Below, piece by piece: positions 57,532-64,000 of a stretch of 64,000 bases of DNA. The translations under genes and the position numbers were made by a program. The DNA is from Candidatus Nanopelagicales bacterium (GTDB lineage Bacteria > Actinomycetota > Actinomycetes > S36-B12), in assembly GCA_049315365.1 (NCBI GenBank), contig JBMOKH010000001.1, positions 934 to 64,933 of the forward strand, in the 5' to 3' direction. Under the pieces are notes generated by a model. The model was not told the DNA's origin. It searched no databases and was given only the letters and a program-made list of their open reading frames with translations. Each line of letters begins with the position of its first letter. Position 1 is the stretch's first letter.

Positions 57532-59047
57532 GCAACCCCTCATCGGCCGGCGCTCCTGGCGCCCGAGTTGGCCCGTCAGCACCGACAAGGTCTTCAAGCG
57601 CCGTCGCTACATCGGCACCAAGCGCTCGGTGCTGCGTCTCAGCGGGTCGTACAACCCGAAGACCCTCAAGCGTGAACTCGTCCTCACGGACAAAAAGCCG
57701 ACCTTCTGGCTCCTCGGGCTGATCCTTATTCTCGTCCTGCCCATCGCCGCGAGCAATGAGCGCTTCTTCGCGCTCTTCGGCATCATCTGCATCTACGCGG
57801 CGATCAACGTCATGTGGACCCTCATCATCGGAACCGCCGGACTCCAGTCCTTCGCCACCCTCGCCACCGTCGGCGTCGGCGCCTATGGCGCGGCGTACCT
57901 GAGCATCACCTACGGGGTCCCGTGGCCCGCCATGCTCGTCATCGGCTTGATCCTCGGCGCCCTCATGGGATTCCTCATCTCCCTGCCCGCCAGACGACTC
58001 GATGGCCTCTACTACGCGCTCTTAACCTTGGGCCTGTCCGAGTTCTGCCGGAACTTCGTCACGCAGTCCGATGAACTCGGCGGAAAGTTCAACGGGGCAC
58101 TTTTCGGGGTTGATCGAATCGTTCCCAGCGACATGATGACTACTTGGCTGGGGCAGGCACTGCTGTACGTGTCGGCCTTCGCCCTGCTCCTCGTAGCCCT
58201 CGCGGTCTTCCGGTGGGTCAACGGCGGGCGCCTTGGCCTGCTGCTGCGCACCTCGGCGACCAACAAGGAGGACGAGGCGTTCGCCTCGGCGATCGGCATC
58301 AATATCCAGCGCGCAAGAACCTGGGTGTTCATGATCGCCAGTGCGGCACTTGGAGCGATCGGTGCGTTCTACGCCGCGTACATCGGAGGAACATCGCTAC
58401 AGGTGTTCAGCCTCGACCTGCTACTCCTCATGCTCGCCATGATCGTCATCGGTGGACTCGGTCGTGCAGAGGGTGCGGTTATCGGAACGATCATCGTCGT
58501 TGGCATCACCCAGTGGTTCACGGAGTGGGGACCTTGGCGCATCGTGCTCGTCGGCGTCCTCGCACTCCTCTCCGTCCTCTACACCCGAAACGGCATCTTC
58601 GGGCTCAAGGTGCAACTGAGTGAGATTCGGCAGCGTCGGCAGGCACTCCATCGCGCCGGGCTGACGAGCAGGTACGCAGAGTTCCTGCCGCAGCAGGCCC
58701 CAGACATCCACGACAAGTCGATCATCGTGGGCCGGACATTCGAGCGCGGACTCCGAGACCGGCTGAGGGGATGGATCACGCCGGCGCTCATCGAGGAGCA
58801 CCGCCAAAAGCCCCTCGGCCAGCACAGCGATCACCTTGAGCGAATCCTCAACTACTTTAGGCAGGGGCCAATCCCTGATAAGTACGCCGTCTACTGCGAG
58901 GAACCATTCCGGTCGTACCGAGTGGTCGCGCTGTCCGGCATGCCAGGCGTTCCGCCGCGGGTGGTCGACGACAAGGTCTACCCCTCCCTGGACGAGGCCT
59001 ACCACGCGGTCTTCCTGCGGCGGGTCAATGATTTGCGAGCATCATGA
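57518..59047 (+). CDS. Branched-chain-type ABC permease (LivM-like) fused to a ~140-aa soluble C-terminal domain
   Basis: Basic N-terminal extension, then a LivM-like core ('IICIYAAINVMWTLIIGTAGLQSFA', 'YYALLTLGLSEF', 'IVIGGLGRAEGAVIGT'). From about nt 58616 an Arg-rich linker 'QLSEIRQRRQALHR' leads into a hydrophilic tail that ends 17 nt before the next gene. Start is ATG 57518 or GTG 57524. Confidence 0.85.
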   Translation: MSVSKQPLIGRRSWRPSWPVSTDKVFKRRRYIGTKRSVLRLSGSYNPKTLKRELVLTDKKPTFWLLGLILILVLPIAASNERFFALFGIICIYAAINVMWTLIIGTAGLQSFATLATVGVGAYGAAYLSITYGVPWPAMLVIGLILGALMGFLISLPARRLDGLYYALLTLGLSEFCRNFVTQSDELGGKFNGALFGVDRIVPSDMMTTWLGQALLYVSAFALLLVALAVFRWVNGGRLGLLLRTSATNKEDEAFASAIGINIQRARTWVFMIASAALGAIGAFYAAYIGGTSLQVFSLDLLLLMLAMIVIGGLGRAEGAVIGTIIVVGITQWFTEWGPWRIVLVGVLALLSVLYTRNGIFGLKVQLSEIRQRRQALHRAGLTSRYAEFLPQQAPDIHDKSIIVGRTFERGLRDRLRGWITPALIEEHRQKPLGQHSDHLERILNYFRQGPIPDKYAVYCEEPFRSYRVVALSGMPGVPPRVVDDKVYPSLDEAYHAVFLRRVNDLRAS

Positions 59048-59063
59048 GCGGAGTTGAGTAACG

Positions 59064-61364
59064 ATGGCAACGACAACGATCACCGGCTACACCGACAAGG
59101 TGAGCGTCGCGCCGGGTGCGGAGATCACCTTCCACATCAGTGTCGAGAATGCCGAGTCGGCTCACGTCGAGATCGTCCGACTCATCCACGGTGATGAGCA
59201 CCCGGATGGCCCCGGCTTCATCGAGGAGGTCATCGCGAGCAGTGTCTCCGGTGATCATGCGGTGACGAAGCAGTTTGTCGATGTCGGCAATGCGATCGTC
59301 ATCGACGACCCAGCAGAGCGCCTCGCGCTCACCGGACCGATGACCCTCCACGCATATGTCTTTCCGACCACGCCGGCGAAGGGCCGTCAGGTACTACTCG
59401 GGCGCTTCTCGCTCACCGAGACCGCCGGGTATGCCCTCGGCATCAACGGCGAGGGACGCCTCACCTTCTGGGTCGGTGATGGCGTGGATACCGACGAGAT
59501 CACCTCGCAGGTACCCCTCATGCACCACACGTGGTACTTCGTGTCAGCCTCGTACGACCCCAAGTCGGGGAAGGCCCTCCTTCATCAGGAAGCGGTCGTC
59601 GGTCCGTACAACGGACGGCTCGGCAAGGTTGCGCCGTTCGATCACCGAAGCTCCGTCGAGCAAAAGCTGCGAATCAAGCCGAAGAGCGCGACCACGCCGT
59701 TCATGTGGGGTGCCGCGGCGAATTCAGCGCCGATTCGCGGGGCCTACAAGGACTTCGTATACAACGGGAAGATCGACCGGAGTGGGGTCTTCGACCGAGC
59801 GCTCACCCTCGACGAGATCAAGGCGGTCCATGCCGGGCAGCAGTTGAGTCCCGGGCCGCTGGCCTTCTGGGACACAGCCGAGGGCTACGGCCCGGATGGC
59901 ATCGACGACATCGTTCGCGATACGAGTCCGAGTGGCCTGAACGGGCGAGGTATCCAGCGGCCCGTCAGGGCAATGACGGGCTACAACTGGAGCGGTAAGC
60001 ATGATGACTGGCGGGTCGCTCCGGGCGAGTACGGGGCCATTGCCTTCCACGACGACGCCGTCGTTGACTGCGAGTGGGTGCCAACCCTGACGTGGACAGT
60101 TCCCGAGGGAACACGGAGCGGCGCCTACGCAGCACGGGTGACGATCGGTGACGTCGAGGATCACATCACCTTCTTTATCCGCCCGGCGAAGGCCACCGCC
60201 CCAATTCTGTATCTCATGCCGACGAACTCGTATCTCGCCTACGCCAACGAGATGATCGTCCACCACGTACCGGTCGGGCAGGCGATCCTCGCGCACCCCG
60301 CTGTGCTCACGGAGGCGGAGGCGGACTACTTCCAGGACCCCCGGTACGGACGGTCGACCTACGACCACCACTCCGACGGGGCAGGGGTGTGCTTCGCGTC
60401 ATGGAAGCGCCCGATCCTCAACATGCGCCCGAAATGGCGCTCATCAGCCATCGGGACGACCTGGCAGTTCCCCCGTGACCTCTCGCTCATCGCCTGGCTC
60501 GAGAGCCAGGGCTACGACTACGACGTGGCCACCGATCACGATCTCACCGAGCAGGGCATAGACCTCCTCAAGCAGTACTCAGTCGTGCTCACTGGATCGC
60601 ATCCTGAGTACTGGCACGAGGCCGGACTGAACGACCTCGAGGATTACATCGCCGAGGGCGGCCGACTCATGTACCTCGGCGGCAATGGCTTCTACTGGGT
60701 CATCTCGTATCGGGACGGCGAGCCGGAGTTGATGGAGGTCCGCAAGGGCGAGGCGGGGATGCGCGCTTGGCAGGCCGAGCCGGGCGAGTACTACCACCAG
60801 ACGTCCGCGGAGCGCGGCGGCATCTGGCGCAACAGGGCGAGGCCCCCACAGAAGCTCACCGGCGTGGGGTTCACGACACAGGGCTTCGATGAATGCCATC
60901 CCTATGTCCGGATGCCCGACAGCTACCACAAGTCGGTCGCATGGATCTTCGACGGCGTCGAGGGCGAGGTGTTCGGTGATTTCGGGCTGGCCCTCGGTGG
61001 AGCAGCCGGGCTGGAGACCGAGCGCTACGACCTTGAACTCGGGACGCCTCCGCATACGAAACTGCTCGCTTCATCGACGAGTTGGTCCGACAACTACGCA
61101 GGAGTCGTCGAGGACATCCTCTTCAATCACCCGGGCACCCTCGGGACGCAGAGCCCGACGGTGCGCGCAGACATGACGTACTTCACGACCGCGAACAACG
61201 GCGGAGTGTTCTCGACGGGGTCCATCGCATGGATGAGCGCGCTCCCCTGCTTCAACTACACGAACAACGTCTCTCAGATCATGAAGAACGTGCTCGACGC
61301 ATTCAGCAAGCCTGGCTCCCTCCCCGGAGGAGCTTGGGATCAAGAGGAGAAGTCGTGGACCTGA
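59064..61364 (+). CDS. N,N-dimethylformamidase large (beta) subunit family protein
   Basis: 766 aa. Blocks I recognise from DmfA2-type enzymes: 'VRLIHGDEHPDGPGF', 'NSYLAYANE', 'YDVATDHDLTEQG..LLKQYSVVLTGSHPEYW', 'ERYDLELGTPPHTKLLASS', 'VRADMTYFTTANNGGVFSTGSIAW', 'NNVSQIMKNVLDAF'. Recognition is from memory and is not database-verified. Confidence 0.85.
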   Translation: MATTTITGYTDKVSVAPGAEITFHISVENAESAHVEIVRLIHGDEHPDGPGFIEEVIASSVSGDHAVTKQFVDVGNAIVIDDPAERLALTGPMTLHAYVFPTTPAKGRQVLLGRFSLTETAGYALGINGEGRLTFWVGDGVDTDEITSQVPLMHHTWYFVSASYDPKSGKALLHQEAVVGPYNGRLGKVAPFDHRSSVEQKLRIKPKSATTPFMWGAAANSAPIRGAYKDFVYNGKIDRSGVFDRALTLDEIKAVHAGQQLSPGPLAFWDTAEGYGPDGIDDIVRDTSPSGLNGRGIQRPVRAMTGYNWSGKHDDWRVAPGEYGAIAFHDDAVVDCEWVPTLTWTVPEGTRSGAYAARVTIGDVEDHITFFIRPAKATAPILYLMPTNSYLAYANEMIVHHVPVGQAILAHPAVLTEAEADYFQDPRYGRSTYDHHSDGAGVCFASWKRPILNMRPKWRSSAIGTTWQFPRDLSLIAWLESQGYDYDVATDHDLTEQGIDLLKQYSVVLTGSHPEYWHEAGLNDLEDYIAEGGRLMYLGGNGFYWVISYRDGEPELMEVRKGEAGMRAWQAEPGEYYHQTSAERGGIWRNRARPPQKLTGVGFTTQGFDECHPYVRMPDSYHKSVAWIFDGVEGEVFGDFGLALGGAAGLETERYDLELGTPPHTKLLASSTSWSDNYAGVVEDILFNHPGTLGTQSPTVRADMTYFTTANNGGVFSTGSIAWMSALPCFNYTNNVSQIMKNVLDAFSKPGSLPGGAWDQEEKSWT

Positions 61365-61374
61365 GGGGAGCGAG

Positions 61375-62478
61375 ATGACGACGGGGTACGTCTGGCATGA
61401 GCTGTATGGCTGGCATGACACAGGCACGTATGCAGGCCTCCTGCCCGCAAGCCTGACGAGCCAGCCGTACCAGCACTTCGAGTCCCCCGAGTCCAAGCAG
61501 CGATTCCACTCCCTCGTCGAGGTCTCCGGGCTGGCACAGCACCTCACGCGGATCATTCCCGAGCCGGCGACGGATGACGACATCCTGCGCATCCACACTG
61601 CTGAGCACCTTGAGCGGATCAAGGCCGAGAGCGCCCAGCCCAAGGGCGGTGATGCCGGCGATGGCACATCACCGTTCGGCCACCAGGGGTTCGAGATCGC
61701 GGCCCTTGCGGCCGGCGGGTCGATCGCCGCCCTCAATGCGGTGCTCGACGGGACTGTCGACAACGCCTACGCACTCGTTCGCCCGCCCGGGCACCACGCC
61801 CGACCGGAAACTGGCATGGGGTTTTGCATCTTCGCCAACGCCGGTATCGCTATCAGGCACGCTCAGGCGGCAAACCCCGCCCTGCGGGTCGCAACGGTCG
61901 ACTGGGACGTCCATCACGGCAATGGCACGCAGGCCGCCTTTGTGTCTGATCCGAGCGTGCTCACGATCTCCCTCCACCAGGACGACCTCTTCCCGCGGGG
62001 CAGCGGAAGGGTGAGCGAACGCGGCGAGGGTGCCGGTGACGGCTACGCCATCAACGTTCCACTGCCGGCCGGCACCGGAAACGGCGGATACCTCCATGCG
62101 ATGCGCGAGGTGGTCGTGCCGGCGATTCGTCGATTCAAGCCGGACGTCATCGTGGTGCCCTCTGGTTTCGACGCGAGCTGCTTTGATCCGCTCGGCCGGA
62201 TGTCGGTGACAGCCTCGGGCTACCGCGCGATGACGAGGGTGCTCATGGACATCGCGGAGGAGGTCTGCTCGGGTCGCATCATGATGACGCACGAGGGCGG
62301 CTACTCGCCGACCTATGTGCCGCTGTGCGGGGTCTCCGTGCTGTCGGAGATGTCCGGGGTGGATGTGGACGTTGTTTCGGAGATCTACGCCGGCTTCGAC
62401 ACGATGCCTGGGCACGCCCTCATGCCATGGCAGATTGACGTGGTGCAGACCGCTCGGCAGGAGCACGGTCTCATCTAG
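61375..62478 (+). CDS. Histone-deacetylase-fold amidohydrolase (acetylpolyamine amidohydrolase / class II HDAC-like)
   Basis: 'RPPGHHA', 'DWDVHHGNGTQ', 'SGFDAS', 'HEGGYS'. GAGGGGAG lies 5 nt upstream of the ATG. Confidence 0.9.
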   Translation: MTTGYVWHELYGWHDTGTYAGLLPASLTSQPYQHFESPESKQRFHSLVEVSGLAQHLTRIIPEPATDDDILRIHTAEHLERIKAESAQPKGGDAGDGTSPFGHQGFEIAALAAGGSIAALNAVLDGTVDNAYALVRPPGHHARPETGMGFCIFANAGIAIRHAQAANPALRVATVDWDVHHGNGTQAAFVSDPSVLTISLHQDDLFPRGSGRVSERGEGAGDGYAINVPLPAGTGNGGYLHAMREVVVPAIRRFKPDVIVVPSGFDASCFDPLGRMSVTASGYRAMTRVLMDIAEEVCSGRIMMTHEGGYSPTYVPLCGVSVLSEMSGVDVDVVSEIYAGFDTMPGHALMPWQIDVVQTARQEHGLI

Positions 62479-62547
62479 CGCCGACATCGTGTCAAGGGTT
62501 CGCGAGTCGCCTCTGCGTCGCATGAGACCTCATGAAAGGATCGGCAC

Positions 62548-63066
62548 ATGACCACTACTGCGACTCTGCATACCACCCTGGGCGACATCAAGATCAACCT
62601 CTTCGAGGATCAGGCCCCCAAGACTGTCCGCAACTTCACCGGGCTGGCCGATGGCAGTCAGGAGTGGACGAATCCCAAGTCCAATGCGAAGAGCAGTGAG
62701 CCGCTGTACGACGGCACGATCTTCCACCGCGTCATCTCCGGATTCATGATCCAGGGCGGCGATCCCCTCGGCACCGGCACCGGTGGCCCGGGGTACAAGT
62801 TCGATGACGAGTTCCATGGTGAACTCAACTTCGATCGGCCGTACCTGCTCGCCATGGCGAACTCAGGGCCGAAGACGAACGGCTCACAGTTCTTCATCAC
62901 CGTGACACCGACCCCCCATCTCAACCGCAAGCACACGATCTTCGGCGAGGTCGCCGACCAGGAGTCACGCGATGTCGTCGATGCGATCGCGACCGTCGCC
63001 ACGGGCGCCCAGGATCGTCCGAAGGAGAACGTCGTCATCAACTCGGTGACGATCACGCGCGACTAG
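62548..63066 (+). CDS. ppiA: Peptidyl-prolyl cis-trans isomerase, cyclophilin type
   Basis: 'FHRVISGFMIQGGDP', 'GGPGYKFDDEF', 'LAMANSGPKTNGSQFFIT', 'HTIFGEV'. Confidence 0.95.
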   Translation: MTTTATLHTTLGDIKINLFEDQAPKTVRNFTGLADGSQEWTNPKSNAKSSEPLYDGTIFHRVISGFMIQGGDPLGTGTGGPGYKFDDEFHGELNFDRPYLLAMANSGPKTNGSQFFITVTPTPHLNRKHTIFGEVADQESRDVVDAIATVATGAQDRPKENVVINSVTITRD

Positions 63067-63073
63067 CAGTCCA

Positions 63074-63940
63074 GTGACCGATCAGCCAGATGCCGTAGCG
63101 CCGGTGTGCTACCGGCACCCGGATCGGGTCAGTTACATCACCTGCACCCGGTGCGGCCGGCCGGTTTGCCCTGACTGCATGGTGGCTGCGCCGGTCGGCT
63201 TTCAATGCCGGGAGTGCGTGGCTGGGGCGGCGAGTGAGAGGGTCACCCCGACCACTGTCGCGGGCGGGCAGTACATCTCGAAGCCGCGTGTGACCTACGC
63301 CCTCATCGGGCTCAACCTCACGCTGTTCCTCCTGCAGTACCTAGGCGGGATCAATGAGGTTGCCGGCGACTGGGGGATGTGGCCGGTCGGGATCGCTGTC
63401 GGGGGCGAGTGGTGGCGGCTTCTCACCGGCGCGTTCCTACACGGTTCGTTCCTGCATATCGCCTTCAACATGTACGTGCTGTTCGCCCTTGGCCCGACCC
63501 TCGAGCGCGTCCTCGGCCATGGCCGGTATCTCATGCTCTACGTCCTCGCCGCCCTGGGCGGCGGCGTCGCGTCCTATGCCTTCTCCGATATGCGCACGGT
63601 CTCGGTGGGGGCGAGTGGCGCAATCTTCGGCCTCATGGGGGCACTCATCATCGCCGGCCGCAGGCTTCGGTACGACATCAAGCAGGTGGTCATCCTGCTC
63701 GGCATCAACGTGGTGATCGGCTTCCTGGCGCCCGGTGTCGACTGGCGCGCGCACCTCGGTGGGCTGGTCATCGGGGCCGCGGTGGCGTCCGTGTTCGTCT
63801 ATGCGCCACGAGCCCACCGGAACCTGTGGCAGACACTCGGCGTACTCGGCATCCTCGGGGTGCTCATCGTCGCCACCACCTGGCGAACCGCCCAGATAAT
63901 GGAGTTCGTCGCGCCCTTCGGCGTGACGCTCAACGCCTGA
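63074..63940 (+). CDS. Rhomboid-family intramembrane serine protease with N-terminal zinc-ribbon
   Basis: 'CYRHP....CTRCGRPVCPDC' ribbon, 'WWRLLTGAFLHGSFLHIAFNM', catalytic 'GASGAIFGLMG' and a downstream 'AHLGG' His. Confidence 0.9.
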   Translation: MTDQPDAVAPVCYRHPDRVSYITCTRCGRPVCPDCMVAAPVGFQCRECVAGAASERVTPTTVAGGQYISKPRVTYALIGLNLTLFLLQYLGGINEVAGDWGMWPVGIAVGGEWWRLLTGAFLHGSFLHIAFNMYVLFALGPTLERVLGHGRYLMLYVLAALGGGVASYAFSDMRTVSVGASGAIFGLMGALIIAGRRLRYDIKQVVILLGINVVIGFLAPGVDWRAHLGGLVIGAAVASVFVYAPRAHRNLWQTLGVLGILGVLIVATTWRTAQIMEFVAPFGVTLNA

Positions 63941-64000
63941 CGCAACGTCCTCATCCACACATCTGCGACAAACGCACGTGCGTTATCCACAAGTTGTCCC

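Noticed and set aside
62495-62512. agggttcgcgagtcgcct, weakly resembling the tRNA-Ala T-arm (aggagttcgagtctcct), as a possible attR for the accessory block
   Set aside because: The match needs two indels and a substitution over 18 nt in GC-rich DNA. It does not include the acceptor 3' end and no integrase is present. This is within chance expectation.
61669-62523. 284-aa minus-strand ORF (and similar ORFs at 61071..61763, 59724..60371, 58421..59005)
   Set aside because: All are antisense to genes with strong motif support (the HDAC-like, DMFase-like and permease genes). None has a motif of its own.
1-64000. Search for CRISPR arrays, IS elements or transposases, integrases, prophage genes, rRNA, and inteins in DnaB, GyrA or GyrB
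   Set aside because: I saw no regularly spaced direct repeats. No ORF has DDE, tyrosine- or serine-recombinase motifs. DnaB (452 aa), GyrB (654 aa) and GyrA (855 aa) have contiguous motifs and normal lengths.

Overview
High-GC actinobacterial chromosome segment centred on the replication origin. All calls come from motifs and gene order read in the sequence and the ORF track. No database search was possible. Conserved backbone, left to right: secreted S33 hydrolase; dnaB; rplI-rpsR-ssb-rpsF; xthA; FemX-like transferase plus a racemase-like gene; GT87-like membrane protein and ponA; DUF5318; padR-ino1; MFS transporter; cca; NUDIX-DUF6049-murJ-pseudokinase-sigM-anti-sigma; trxB-trxA-cwlM; aminotransferase; ddl; parB-parA-(parS)-rsmG-jag-yidC-yidD-rnpA-rpmH; then dnaA-oriC-dnaN-recF-dciA-gyrB-gyrA-DUF3566; tRNA-Ile, a 41-codon DLW-motif ORF and tRNA-Ala; and finally ppiA and a rhomboid protease. 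rpmH, trxA, yidD, the tRNAs and the small ORF are missing or mis-bounded in the ORF track and were placed by hand. Accessory insertions are a vapBC module (7797..8458), a stand-alone AAA+/DUF234-type ATPase (11682..13088), two tandem DUF805 genes, and an ~11.7 kb block directly downstream of tRNA-Ala (50774..62478). That block encodes an S53 lipoprotein peptidase, a LuxR-type regulator, a five-gene branched-chain-type ABC importer, an N,N-dimethylformamidase large-subunit homologue and an HDAC-fold amidohydrolase. The most unusual observation is in this block. The second ABC permease carries a ~140-aa soluble C-terminal domain exactly where a DMFase small-subunit gene would normally sit, which suggests a hydrolase docked on its importer. 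I saw no CRISPR array, IS element, integrase, prophage or intein. Many long ORFs in the track are antisense or out-of-frame shadows typical of high-GC DNA and were rejected.
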